A stretch of DNA of 64,000 nt. Origin: an uncultured bacterium. GTDB taxonomy: Bacteria; SAR324; NAC60-12. Made by a program: the position numbers and the translations under genes. Under the pieces are notes generated by a model. That model was not told the DNA's origin and ran no database searches. It saw only the letters and a list, made by a program, of their open reading frames with translations. Positions 17,976 through 27,801 of the stretch are shown here, one piece after another (position 1 is the stretch's first letter; each line of letters opens with the position of its first letter). Where the stretch lies: assembly GCA_965662235.1 (NCBI GenBank), contig CBFIGY010000001.1:320001-384000 (forward strand), given 5' to 3'.

Positions 17976-19379
17976 ATGCTGAAGCGGCACAACCAAGTCT
18001 TCTTTTCCCTCCTCCGCCTTGGAGATGGAGCCCTTGCGTTTCTGGCGTGGGAGCTGGCGTATCAGCTGCGCTTTCACTGGGTCAACTGGCCGGAAGCGCC
18101 GTTTCCTCCTCCTCACCATGCGTACCTGGCTGCTGCTGGAGTGGTCGCCCTTTTGTCCATGGTCGCCTTCAGTGTTGCAGACGTGTACGAAGCGAATGGC
18201 AAACGGAGCGTGCGTCAGGAGCTGCTGACGCTGATCCGCGGCACCTTGGTACTGGTGGTGCTGGGCGTGGGAGCGGCCTTCTTCTACCGCGACTTCTCCT
18301 TCTCCCGGATGCACATCGTTTACTTCACCCCAACCCTGTTTGGGCTGCTGGTGGCGTTACGCTTCTTCATCCGGAGCCTCATGAGCTGGATGCACGCCCG
18401 GGGCAAGCACCTGGAGCGCGTCCTAGTGATCGGATCCGGAAACTCGGCTGCAGAGCTGGTGCAGAAGCTCCAGGGCCTCCGGGAAATGGGGCTGCAGCTG
18501 GAGGGCGTAGTGGAGGTCAAGGGAAAGGAAGCCTCTCAGATTCCGGAAGACGTGCGACGACTGGGAAGCCTGGAAACGGTGGCCGGAGTCATTGTGCAGA
18601 ACCGCATTGACCAGGTGTTTGTTGCGCTGTCTGCTGACGAACAGCACCGCTTGAGTGCGCTTCAGGAAGTGCTCGCCGAGCAGTGGGTGGACGTCCGGAT
18701 CGTTCCTGACCTCGGGGGCTTTCGGACGCTGCATGTGGCCGCAGAGGATTTCGAAGGCATCCCGGTGATCACGGTGGTGCAGAGTCCGCTAGAAGGGTGG
18801 AACCGGGTTTTGAAACGAAGCCTAGACCTGGTGGGAGGCCTAGCTGCCCTAGTGCTGTTTGGCCCCATCATGCTGCTGGTGGCCGCTCTGGTGAAGCTCA
18901 CCTCGCCAGGTCCCATCCTCTATCGGCAGGAGCGCATGGGACTCGACGGACGTATCTTTCAGGCCCTGAAGTTCCGGTCCATGCGGGTGGATGCCGAATC
19001 CTCGACAGGAGCCGTCTGGGCGACAGCCAATGACAACCGCCGAACCCCGATTGGGACCTTCTTGCGCAAGACCAGCCTAGACGAGCTGCCGCAGCTCTTC
19101 AACGTCCTCCGCGGAGAAATGAGCCTAGTTGGACCCCGTCCGGAACGCCCTGTCTTCATTGAACAGTTCAAAAGCAAGATTCCGGACTACATGCTCCGGC
19201 ACAAGGTGAAGGCCGGCATCACAGGGTGGGCTCAGATCAACGGCTGGCGCGGAAACACCTCGCTGGAGAAGCGCATCGAGTGCGACCTGCATTACATTGA
19301 ACACTGGTCCCTGTGGCTGGATGTGAAGATCCTCCTCCTCACCCCGTTCAAGGGGTTCATTGATAAAAACGCTTACTGA
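17976..19379 (+). CDS. Undecaprenyl-phosphate glucose phosphotransferase (WcaJ/CpsE type)
   Basis: Four N-terminal TMs, CoA-binding-like domain, [41 protein letters not shown]. Confidence 0.92.
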   Translation: MLKRHNQVFFSLLRLGDGALAFLAWELAYQLRFHWVNWPEAPFPPPHHAYLAAAGVVALLSMVAFSVADVYEANGKRSVRQELLTLIRGTLVLVVLGVGAAFFYRDFSFSRMHIVYFTPTLFGLLVALRFFIRSLMSWMHARGKHLERVLVIGSGNSAAELVQKLQGLREMGLQLEGVVEVKGKEASQIPEDVRRLGSLETVAGVIVQNRIDQVFVALSADEQHRLSALQEVLAEQWVDVRIVPDLGGFRTLHVAAEDFEGIPVITVVQSPLEGWNRVLKRSLDLVGGLAALVLFGPIMLLVAALVKLTSPGPILYRQERMGLDGRIFQALKFRSMRVDAESSTGAVWATANDNRRTPIGTFLRKTSLDELPQLFNVLRGEMSLVGPRPERPVFIEQFKSKIPDYMLRHKVKAGITGWAQINGWRGNTSLEKRIECDLHYIEHWSLWLDVKILLLTPFKGFIDKNAY

Positions 19380-19565
19380 AGCTGCCTCCCTGCCGCTTCC
19401 GACGCCAGACGTGGGTCCGGCCACCGGTGGACGGAATATCTTGAGCTCGCACAGGAGGTGTGGCATCTTCATGTCCGCCTTCAGTCGGACGAGTGCTCCC
19501 GTCGTGATGCTCGCTCCATGACCTGCCTCCCCAGGCCAACCTCCCATCCCCCAGCTTTAACCACC

Positions 19566-22334
19566 ATGAGTGCGATTACCTTTCAGCCAGCGAGCGCTTG
19601 GCAGCAACAGTTTACCTTCGATTCGGTCAAGTGCCTGATTGTCTGCCGCGGTCCGATTCGCTTGGAAGCCATTGACGTGTTTGAGTCTTTGGGCGCCGAG
19701 TGCGGAATCCTGCTCTCCGAGAAAGACAGCATCCTCTACCCTCAGACCCTAGCTCCGGAGCTGCGTCGGTTGCAGAACCGGCACAAGCAGGTGCACCACG
19801 TTCCGGACTACATTGGCACCACTCGCGAGGAACGGGTGGCGCGGATGGAGCAGATTGTCGACATTGCTCTGAGCAACGGCTACACCCACGTGTTTGCCGG
19901 ATACGGTTTCATGGCGGAAGACGCAGAGTTTGTGAAGCGGATTGAGGAGGCCGGGCTGTCGTTTGTCGGGCCCAATTCGTCGGTGATCCGCAACGCGGGT
20001 TCCAAAGATGAAGCAAAGCAGCTGGCGCGTCGGTTGGGCGTTTCGGTGACGCCGGGAGAGGACCGCATCACCGCCCGGACGCTGCTGCAGAAGGCTGCAG
20101 GCGACCCGCAGGCATTCCTCCGGGAGCAGGTGCAGCAACACGGCTTGGAGCCTGCGTCCGGATGGGATCAAGGGGAGCTGATCGACCAGGCAGAGGCGGT
20201 GCTGCAGGCGTCTTATCAGAAGCGGGTGGACCTGTTTTCTATGGAGGAATTGCAGCGTGAGACGGAGCGCTGCGTCACTGAAATCTGGAAGGACAACCCC
20301 GGCAAGCGCATCCGCTTGAAGCACATTGGCGGCGGCGGCGGTAAGGGGCAGCGGGTGGTCTCGAAGCCGGAAGAGGTTGCTGAGGCCGTGAAGGCGGTGC
20401 TGATTGAATCACGTGCCACCGGAGTAGGCGACAACAAGACGTTTTTGGTGGAACTGAACATTGAAAACACGCGGCACAACGAGGTGCAGCTTCTGGGGAA
20501 CGGAGAGTGGTGCCTAGAGCTCGGAGGGCGAGACTGTTCACTGCAGATGCATGAGCAGAAGCTCCTCGAGGTCTCCCTGACAGAGGAACTGCTCGAGGCT
20601 GAGATCGCCCGCTACGAAGCTCAGGGACAGACTGGCAAGGCCCAGGTGCTCCGCCGCGATCTGGAGATGGTCCAGGCGATGTGCCAGCAGGCTGCTGACT
20701 TCGGGTCGGCGATAGGCCTCGACTCGGCCTCGACCTTTGAGTGCATTGTGGAAGACGACCGGCATTACTTCATGGAGGTGAACACCCGGATTCAGGTGGA
20801 GCACCGGGTGACCGAAATGGCCTACTCCCTCAGGTTCTGCAATCCAGAAGATCCGGAGGACAGCTTTACCACCGATTCTCTGGTGGCTGCGATGCTCCTC
20901 ATTGCCTGCCATGGCAAGCAGGTGCCTCGGCCGGAGCGGGTGCCGCGCAACGTCTCGGGCGTGGAAGCCCGCATCAATGCCACCAATCCTGCCCTGAAGC
21001 CCCATGCCGGCGGAATCCTGCGGTTCTGGACGGAGCCTTCGGAGTGGGAGCTGCGAGACGACCAGGGCATCGGTATCCGGAATCCCGACACCCACCTGCT
21101 CCAGCCTTACAACCTGGCAGGAGCCTATGATTCCAACGTGTCGCTCTCTGTCACCTGGGGTGAGTCGCGGCAAGAGAGCTTTGAGCGCCTGGCTGAGGTG
21201 CTCCGGACCACAGAGGTGCGGGGAACGGACCTGCACCTCAACATGGACTTTCACTACGGGTTGCTCTACTGGCTGATGGGCAACGACGCGATGGCGAAGC
21301 CCAACACCCGATTTGTGCAGGCGTACCTGGCGCTGGCGGGAAAGATGAAGCACGAGGCCAACTCGCTCAACCTAGAGATCGCTTGGGACGCGGTGCGGCA
21401 AACCATCCGCCAGGATCAGGGCCCAGACAGCGTTGCTCTCTTTGAGGCCAAGCAGACCCTTTTGCTCCGGCCACTCAAGCGGCTATTGGAAAACGCTCAC
21501 CTGCTGATGGGCTGGCTGGCTCCACGTCCGGACCGGCGTTGGAACTTCGGCGCTGACTCCTTTACCTGGAAGCGGAATCCGCTGGAGGTGCTGGCGGACC
21601 TGTACCACTACCTGAGGCTGGAGGAGCACTCGAACACGCCTCCGAGTGAGCAGATTTGGAAAGGAGACCAAGCCCTGCTGCAGCGTGGACTCAGCTTTTA
21701 TGCCACCCTGCAGGAGCGTCTGGGTGGGCCCGGGTGGGAGGAACTGTGCACGCAGCTCAAGGCGGACGCCGCCCCGGCGGGGTTTGCCTCCGCAGGCGAC
21801 CCGGAAGACCTGTGGGAGCAGGTGCAGGGCGCGCACGTGGGCTTCCAGCTGGGACTCGAGCTGCTTCAGCTTCCAGTCGCGCTGGGACGGTTCGCCGGTT
21901 ACTATGAGTTCCAAGGAACCGAAACGCTGGACGTCCAGGTTCCGGAAGAGTTTCAGAAGGGGGATCAGGTGGACGAGTACCTGACCGCTCTGGCGCCTCC
22001 GCCTCCTGCTGCCAGCGACGAGGTGCTCGCCTGGACCGGAGGCACCTTCTACTCCAAGGAGACCCCGGAGGCGGAGGATTATGTGTCCGAAGGAGACCAC
22101 GTGGAGGTCGGAGACGTTTTGGGGCTGCTTGAGGTCATGAAGATGTTCAATCCCATCCGGGCCGAATTTTCGGGCACCATCCGCGAGGTTTGTGTCCGAG
22201 GAGAAGGGGGACAGGTGGTGGCCCGTGGGCAGAAGCTGTTTCAGGTGGATCCGGATGTGGCCCTGGTTCAGGAGTCGGAAGCGGAGAAGATGGCCCGTGA
22301 ACGGACGGCCACGGAACGGCTCCTGTTCTGGTGA
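19566..22334 (+). CDS. Biotin carboxylase fused to a C-terminal biotin carboxyl carrier domain
   Basis: GYGFMAE, GGGGKG, RHNEVQ, RDCSLQ, MEVNTRIQVEHRVTE, EARINA and biotinylation motif EVMKM. Start set at MSAITF. Confidence 0.88.
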   Translation: MSAITFQPASAWQQQFTFDSVKCLIVCRGPIRLEAIDVFESLGAECGILLSEKDSILYPQTLAPELRRLQNRHKQVHHVPDYIGTTREERVARMEQIVDIALSNGYTHVFAGYGFMAEDAEFVKRIEEAGLSFVGPNSSVIRNAGSKDEAKQLARRLGVSVTPGEDRITARTLLQKAAGDPQAFLREQVQQHGLEPASGWDQGELIDQAEAVLQASYQKRVDLFSMEELQRETERCVTEIWKDNPGKRIRLKHIGGGGGKGQRVVSKPEEVAEAVKAVLIESRATGVGDNKTFLVELNIENTRHNEVQLLGNGEWCLELGGRDCSLQMHEQKLLEVSLTEELLEAEIARYEAQGQTGKAQVLRRDLEMVQAMCQQAADFGSAIGLDSASTFECIVEDDRHYFMEVNTRIQVEHRVTEMAYSLRFCNPEDPEDSFTTDSLVAAMLLIACHGKQVPRPERVPRNVSGVEARINATNPALKPHAGGILRFWTEPSEWELRDDQGIGIRNPDTHLLQPYNLAGAYDSNVSLSVTWGESRQESFERLAEVLRTTEVRGTDLHLNMDFHYGLLYWLMGNDAMAKPNTRFVQAYLALAGKMKHEANSLNLEIAWDAVRQTIRQDQGPDSVALFEAKQTLLLRPLKRLLENAHLLMGWLAPRPDRRWNFGADSFTWKRNPLEVLADLYHYLRLEEHSNTPPSEQIWKGDQALLQRGLSFYATLQERLGGPGWEELCTQLKADAAPAGFASAGDPEDLWEQVQGAHVGFQLGLELLQLPVALGRFAGYYEFQGTETLDVQVPEEFQKGDQVDEYLTALAPPPPAASDEVLAWTGGTFYSKETPEAEDYVSEGDHVEVGDVLGLLEVMKMFNPIRAEFSGTIREVCVRGEGGQVVARGQKLFQVDPDVALVQESEAEKMARERTATERLLFW

Positions 22335-22465
22335 AGTGGCTAGAATTTCGCATGGCAGGGGAGAGGTGAAGGCGCAGTTGCGTTTGTCCACAGGTTACAA
22401 TGCCAATGCGTACGGGAGTCGGCTGAGTCGCCGCTCGAAAGAGGCGCTGTTCAAGGAGATTATGA

Positions 22466-24343
22466 ATGAGTCCAGGTAAGCTTATCCTCAGTTTGGGCCT
22501 GAGCCTGCTCCCATGGGGGGTGTGGGCCCAGAGCACGTCCCAAGCCGAAGGGCAATGGTATGCCGTGCAGCCTCAGCAGATGCGCTCGGTTGCCGCTGAT
22601 GCCGTACTGGAGCACATGCGCGCCACCGGAGGCGTTGAGGACTTCTACCGCATTCCACCACAGGAAATCGACTGGCTGACTGAAATGGCCACGGTGGAGC
22701 AAGACTGGAAGGTGGAGCTGCAGAACCGGGAAGGCCGGTACCGAGAAGCGCTGAATGAAGTGGTCCTCAGCCAGATCAAGCGCCGCAACTGGGAGATGCT
22801 CCGCAAGCAGTACAACGACGCGGTGGTGACCCTGAAGCGCCACATTGGCACCCTGAACCGTCAGCTGGCGGAAATCGACAAGGAGGAAAAGGACTACCTC
22901 GTGGGGCTGGATCAGCTGACGATGACAGCACTGGTGGCCGTTCGGGTGCCTTACACGGAAGACCTTCCTGCCCGCCTGAAGCAACAGAACCTTGGAGACC
23001 AGATCTTTGCGGGCTCGGCTCAGGTGGCGCAGATGCACCTGAAGGAACAGTACTCGGCCCGGGTCGTGGTGCCCTTCCAGGCCGGAGTCCTCCGGACCAC
23101 CTACCTTTATCCTGAAAACATCTCCCGCTTTGATCCGGAAGCTGGAGAGTACGTTTACCTTTTTCATGCTGTGGAACTCAGCCCCTTCGCCCGGACCAAA
23201 GCCAGCTCGCTGGAGTCGCCTGCACAGTCAGAAGCCGCCATCCGCGTCTTCAGCACTGCGGAGGAGGTCCGGAACTACCTCCAGAAGGAGCGCGTGGGCG
23301 ACCAGCGGTTGCTGAACTGGGCCCAGGGAGAACTGGCCTACCAGTCCATGCAGAACGACCACACCATTGAGCAGATCGTCTCGCGCCTCGATTACTTCCA
23401 GATGCGCCGACGGGGACCACGTCAGATGATTCAGCAGACCCTGGATCAGATTCAGGAGCTGGAGAAGCAACGTGACAGCCTCCCGGATGACAGCGCTCTT
23501 GAGGAAAAGCTCAACGCCCTCAAACAGGCGGAGATCGCCTACCGTCAGCATTACTCCACTCGGGTTGTGCCGGGCTATGAAAAGTACACCATGGAGTACG
23601 ACATGATGTACTTCAGCAACAAACCGGCCCAAGGCGTGAAGCAATCGGTCCCGGTGGTGAAGTCCACGCAGGGCAAGGGAGAGGCACTGATTGAGCTACC
23701 GATCAACAGCCGGAAGCTTCAGGACATCTACCGCGACATGCTGGACTCGGCCTTCACGCGCAAGGGGGCTCTGGAGGTCAGCGACGAGCAGCCCATCTAC
23801 CGGGTGAATGACGATCTCAGCGGCATGGAGGAAGGCAAACTGCGCTGGAAGGTCGCTTCTCAGGAGTTCCAGATTCTGAAAATTGCCCGAGGCAACATTG
23901 GCTCCCGGAGCCAGTACGCGCTGCACCTAGCCACCCGCGCCAATTTGCAGAGCAATCCCCAGTTTCCTCCTCGTCGGTACGGAACCTGTGACTTCACCAT
24001 CTACTTCGGGGGACAGGACTACTCCCTTGATGAAGAGGACAAACGGACCCTAGAAAAGGCGGTCAGCTGCCTACGGCGTTACTCTCGGCAACCCGTGGAA
24101 ATTGTGGGGCATACCGATCATCGGCAGGTCCGGAATGAAAAAGCTGGCGTGGACAACAACGTGAAGTTGGGCATGCTCCGGGCTTCCACGGTCTTTGACT
24201 ACTTTGCCGCCCGGGGCTTCAACTCCCGGCGCTTTGAGGTTTCCAGCATGGGCTCCCGACAGCCGGCGGTGCGTGCGAAGAACGAGGACGACCTGAGCAA
24301 AAACCGAAGGGTGCGCATCCTGTCGCTTCCTCCGAAGCGCTGA
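22466..24343 (+). CDS. Secreted coiled-coil protein with C-terminal OmpA-like peptidoglycan-binding domain
   Basis: Signal peptide ending VWA; two coiled-coil segments; VEIVGHTD...NVKLGMLRA...NRRV. Confidence 0.75.
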   Translation: MSPGKLILSLGLSLLPWGVWAQSTSQAEGQWYAVQPQQMRSVAADAVLEHMRATGGVEDFYRIPPQEIDWLTEMATVEQDWKVELQNREGRYREALNEVVLSQIKRRNWEMLRKQYNDAVVTLKRHIGTLNRQLAEIDKEEKDYLVGLDQLTMTALVAVRVPYTEDLPARLKQQNLGDQIFAGSAQVAQMHLKEQYSARVVVPFQAGVLRTTYLYPENISRFDPEAGEYVYLFHAVELSPFARTKASSLESPAQSEAAIRVFSTAEEVRNYLQKERVGDQRLLNWAQGELAYQSMQNDHTIEQIVSRLDYFQMRRRGPRQMIQQTLDQIQELEKQRDSLPDDSALEEKLNALKQAEIAYRQHYSTRVVPGYEKYTMEYDMMYFSNKPAQGVKQSVPVVKSTQGKGEALIELPINSRKLQDIYRDMLDSAFTRKGALEVSDEQPIYRVNDDLSGMEEGKLRWKVASQEFQILKIARGNIGSRSQYALHLATRANLQSNPQFPPRRYGTCDFTIYFGGQDYSLDEEDKRTLEKAVSCLRRYSRQPVEIVGHTDHRQVRNEKAGVDNNVKLGMLRASTVFDYFAARGFNSRRFEVSSMGSRQPAVRAKNEDDLSKNRRVRILSLPPKR

Positions 24344-24368
24344 GGGACCGCCCGTCCGACAGATTTTT

Positions 24369-24396
24369 TTGAATTGGCCTGTTTTTTTGCTAAACT
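24369..24396 (+). promoter_or_regulatory. Sigma70-type promoter candidate for def
   Basis: TTGAAT, 16-nt spacer ending TGC, then TAAACT (extended -10), 33 nt before the def ATG. Confidence 0.5.
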
Positions 24397-24429
24397 GAAG
24401 CACTGTTTTTTACCCAACTGAGGTACATC

Positions 24430-24948
24430 ATGGCGCTTTTAGAGATCTACACCTTTCCGAATCCGATTCTGAAGCAGAAGGCCCAGCCGGTTACCGTCTT
24501 TGACGAGTCCCTTCAGGAAACGGCGGCCTCCATGCTGGAGACGATGTATGCGTCCAACGGCATTGGGCTCGCCTCCATCCAGGTGGGCATTCCGAAGCAG
24601 CTGGTCGTGGTGGACATCATGGCGGGCTCAGAAGATCCGGATGACTTCGAGCCTCACGTCTTTGTGAATCCGCAGATCACGGACCGTCAGGGGGAGACCA
24701 TTTCGGAAGAAGGCTGCCTGAGCGTGACCGAATTCCGGGCGGAGGTGAAGCGAGCCGAGTGGATCCGCTTGGAGTATCAGGACCTGCAGGGCACGCATCA
24801 GGTGCTGGAAGCCGACGGCCTCCTTGCCATCTGCATCCAACACGAGCTGGACCACCTCAACGGCGTCCTCTTCATTGATCACCTGCCTCCGATCAAGCAG
24901 AAGATGGTCAAGAAGCGCCTTTCCAAACTTGCTGCTCAAGCCGCCTGA
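24430..24948 (+). CDS. def: Peptide deformylase
   Basis: GIGLASIQ, EGCLS, QHELDHLNG. Confidence 0.96.
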   Translation: MALLEIYTFPNPILKQKAQPVTVFDESLQETAASMLETMYASNGIGLASIQVGIPKQLVVVDIMAGSEDPDDFEPHVFVNPQITDRQGETISEEGCLSVTEFRAEVKRAEWIRLEYQDLQGTHQVLEADGLLAICIQHELDHLNGVLFIDHLPPIKQKMVKKRLSKLAAQAA

Positions 24949-25385
24949 TGCCTCGACTGCTGGGGCTTCTGCTCCTGTTGCTGCTTCCGTTTTCTCAGCT
25001 TGAGGCATTTGAGTACGCCCAAGGTCGGGTCCGGACCCCCTCTGGAGACACCCTCCGCGTTCAGATTGCCGACACACCGCAGAAGCGCGCCTTGGGACTG
25101 GGCCAACGCGATCAGCTCGCGGAAGGCACCGGAATGCTTTTCGTCTTCAGCCAGAACGAGCGCCACTCCTTCTGGATGAAGGGCATGCGCTTTTCCCTAG
25201 ACATCCTCTGGATCCACAATCAGCGCATCGTGCACATCGCCCGCAACGTGCCTCCTCCGGCTCCCGGAGAGCGTCCTGTGACGGTTGAACCAGACGTCGC
25301 AGCCAACTTCGTGCTCGAGATTCCCGCCAACACCTCCGACTCCTTGGGGTTGGTGGTCGGTGAGTCCGTCGAGCTGGAGTTTTAG
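24948..25385 (+). CDS. DUF192 family exported protein
   Basis: IADTPQKRALGL, GMLFVF, FWMKGMRFSLDILW, VLEIPA; TGATG coupling to def. Confidence 0.88.
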   Translation: MPRLLGLLLLLLLPFSQLEAFEYAQGRVRTPSGDTLRVQIADTPQKRALGLGQRDQLAEGTGMLFVFSQNERHSFWMKGMRFSLDILWIHNQRIVHIARNVPPPAPGERPVTVEPDVAANFVLEIPANTSDSLGLVVGESVELEF

Positions 25386-25491
25386 TCACCCAATTTTCTC
25401 CCCTTTTTTCTTTCCGCAACGGTCTTCTTACGCGATTCTTCCGGATCGTGCCCAAACCGGAGTCTAACTCTGTTTTTATGATAAATTTCTA

Positions 25492-25600
25492 TCAAAATGA
25501 TATTTTTGCCAAAAGTGGGGAAGGATTCGGTGATGGGTTTATCATCTTGAGGGCCTAACGGGGGATTCTCTTGGGTGAGATTGTCAAAATAATATTTTGA
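25492..25600. promoter_or_regulatory. Two copies of a 17-bp palindromic operator/UAS candidate
   Basis: TCAAAATAATATTTTGA at 25584-25600 (perfect palindrome) and TCAAAATGATATTTTTG at 25492-25508 (14/17 identical), in an AT-rich intergenic region. Confidence 0.55.
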
Positions 25601-25640
25601 TTTCAAAGGGTTAAGTTAATTCCAAAGGGGGTGGGGGATC

Positions 25641-25656
25641 CGGTATGTTCCTTGCC
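25641..25656 (+). promoter_or_regulatory. Sigma54 -24/-12 promoter candidate
   Basis: CGGTAT-GTTCC-TTGCC has exact GG-N10-GC spacing; IHF-like TTTCAA-AGGG-TTA at 25601-25613 lies just upstream. Confidence 0.45.
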
Positions 25657-25704
25657 GAAGGAGTAGAGAAGCAAAAAGATCAACCCCTCGATGAGATGAC
25701 CCGT

Positions 25705-27009
25705 ATGAGAATTGCCATCATTGGCACTGGAATTTCCGGAATGACCGTTGCGCACCTGCTGCACCCGGAGCATGAGCTGACCATCTTTGAAGCGGGCGCT
25801 TATGCAGGGGGGCACACCAACACGGTGCAGGTGGAGAAGGACAGTGGCGTGTACGCGGTGGATACGGGCTTCATCGTCCATAACGACTGGACGTACCCGC
25901 ACTACATGAAGCTGCTGGAGCAGATTGGCATTGAGTCGCTGCCCACGGAGATGAGCTTCAGTGTCTCCAACGAAATCACCGGGTTGGAGTACAATGGGCA
26001 CACCCTAGACACGCTCTTTGCGCAGCGGCTGAACCTGGTGCGCCCTTCCTTCTGGAGCATGATTCGGGAGATCCTTCGCTTCAACCGAGAGGTGGTGGAG
26101 CATGAGCAGGAAGTGGGAGAAATGCTCCTCAAGGACTACCTGGAGCAGCACCGATACTCAGCGCTCTTTCAAGAGAACTACATTGTCCCCATGGCTGCAG
26201 CCATTTGGTCGGCGAGCACCCGGCAGATTCAGGAATTTCCGATGCGGACCTTCATCCGCTTCTTCCGGAATCATGGGCTGCTGAACGTGAGCAACCGTCC
26301 GCAGTGGCGGGTTATCCGGGGGGGCTCTCAGGCTTACATGCAGCAACTGGTGGCTCCGTTCCGGCAGCAAATCCGGCTCAACACTCTGGTGCAGGGCGTC
26401 CGGCGTTTTCCCACCCATGTTGAGGTGCAGACCGAGTCTGGCCGAGAGCGTTTTGATGCGCTGATCGTTGCGACACACAGCGACCAGGCTCTGGCGATGC
26501 TGCAGGACCCGAGCATCAGCGAGCGTGAAATCCTGAGCAGCATTCCCTACCAGTCAAATGAAGCGGTGCTGCATGAAGACACGAGCCTGATGCCTCGGAG
26601 TCGAAAGGCCTGGGCCAGCTGGAACGTCCGCATCACGCCTGAGCTGCAGGAGCATCCGGAGTATCCGGTGGCTGTGACGTACAACATGAACATCCTCCAG
26701 CACCTCAACCCGGAGCAGCCCTTCCTCGTGACCCTGAATGAAACGAGTCGCATTGCTCCGGAGAAGGTGATCAAGCGCATTCAGTACGCGCATCCGGTGT
26801 TTACCGATGAAGGCGTCCGAGCCCAACGGCGGCATGCTGAGATCAACGGGGTCAACCGCACCTACTTCTGCGGCGCTTACTGGCGATACGGCTTCCATGA
26901 AGACGGCGTCATCAGCGGCCTGCGGGTGGCAGAGTACTTTGGCAAGTCCCTAGATGGCGACATTCCGGTGCGTCTCCCCGAATTGGGAACCCTGAAGGCC
27001 AGCGCATGA
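25705..27009 (+). CDS. FAD-dependent oxidoreductase, amine-oxidase-like (UfaD-like fatty acid desaturase candidate)
   Basis: [41 protein letters not shown]; first gene of the DUF1365-cfa operon. Confidence 0.88.
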   Translation: MRIAIIGTGISGMTVAHLLHPEHELTIFEAGAYAGGHTNTVQVEKDSGVYAVDTGFIVHNDWTYPHYMKLLEQIGIESLPTEMSFSVSNEITGLEYNGHTLDTLFAQRLNLVRPSFWSMIREILRFNREVVEHEQEVGEMLLKDYLEQHRYSALFQENYIVPMAAAIWSASTRQIQEFPMRTFIRFFRNHGLLNVSNRPQWRVIRGGSQAYMQQLVAPFRQQIRLNTLVQGVRRFPTHVEVQTESGRERFDALIVATHSDQALAMLQDPSISEREILSSIPYQSNEAVLHEDTSLMPRSRKAWASWNVRITPELQEHPEYPVAVTYNMNILQHLNPEQPFLVTLNETSRIAPEKVIKRIQYAHPVFTDEGVRAQRRHAEINGVNRTYFCGAYWRYGFHEDGVISGLRVAEYFGKSLDGDIPVRLPELGTLKASA

Positions 27010-27794
27010 AGAGTGCCCTCTACAAGGGGTGGGTCCGGCACCGTCGGTTTTCCCCCAAGGAGCACCACTTCCGCTACCCCGTGTTCATGACGTACTTGGA
27101 TCTGGGGGAGCTGGAGGAGGCGTTTCAGCGGTCTCCGCTGTGGTCACTGAAGAAGGGGGCGTTGGTGCGGTTCCGCCGAGACGACTTTCATGGTGACCCG
27201 AAGCTACCGCTGGAGGAAGCGGTCCGGAACACCGTCGAAGAGCGGCTGGGCTTTCGTCCGGAAGGACCGGTGCGCCTGTTGGCCAACCTGCGGTGCCTGG
27301 GGCTGGTGTTCAATCCGGCGTCTTTCTACTACTGCTTTGGCAAGGATGGAGAGACAGTTGAGGCGTTGATGGTGGAGGTCACCAACACTCCTTGGGGCGA
27401 GCGGCACGCGTATGTGCTGGACCACCGGACCCCAAGCACCGCCAGCGGCTCCCGACGCCGGATGCACTTCGAATTCTCCAAGGTCTTTCACGTCTCCCCC
27501 TTCATGGAGATGGACCACGTCTACCACTGTGATTTTACTCTGCCTGCGCGCGCCTTGACCGTGCATATGGAAAATCATCAGCACGGCCACCGCAAGTTTG
27601 ATGCGACCCTGACGCTCAAGCGTCATGAGTGGACTGCATCGAACTTGAACCGCGCCCTGTTGCAGTTTCCTTGGATGACTGCACAGGTGCTGGGAGGTAT
27701 CTACTGGCAAGCCCTTCGACTGTGGCTCAAGCGCCTGAAGTACCAACCCCATCCGGGAGGCCTGGTGCCTCCTGCCTCCTCACCAACCACCTAA
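27006..27794 (+). CDS. DUF1365 family protein (UfaO-like)
   Basis: [48 protein letters not shown] overlap. Confidence 0.9.
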   Translation: MKSALYKGWVRHRRFSPKEHHFRYPVFMTYLDLGELEEAFQRSPLWSLKKGALVRFRRDDFHGDPKLPLEEAVRNTVEERLGFRPEGPVRLLANLRCLGLVFNPASFYYCFGKDGETVEALMVEVTNTPWGERHAYVLDHRTPSTASGSRRRMHFEFSKVFHVSPFMEMDHVYHCDFTLPARALTVHMENHQHGHRKFDATLTLKRHEWTASNLNRALLQFPWMTAQVLGGIYWQALRLWLKRLKYQPHPGGLVPPASSPTT

Positions 27795-27801
27795 ACGCAC
27801 G

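Noticed and set aside
8400..19200. CTAG seems unusually common
   Set aside because: Rough counts are at or below random expectation; it is only less depleted than usual, and a proper test needs computation.
22384..22392. DnaA-box-like TTGTCCACA
   Set aside because: Single imperfect copy with no cluster or origin context.
25382..25606. 74-aa minus-strand ORF in the AT-rich gap
   Set aside because: Composition unlike neighbouring genes, no RBS, and it overlaps the palindromic regulatory sites.
25676..25706. Possible sigmaE/ChrR-type promoter (GATC...CGTA) before the fatty acid operon
   Set aside because: Poor -35 match, and the putative -10 overlaps the start codon.
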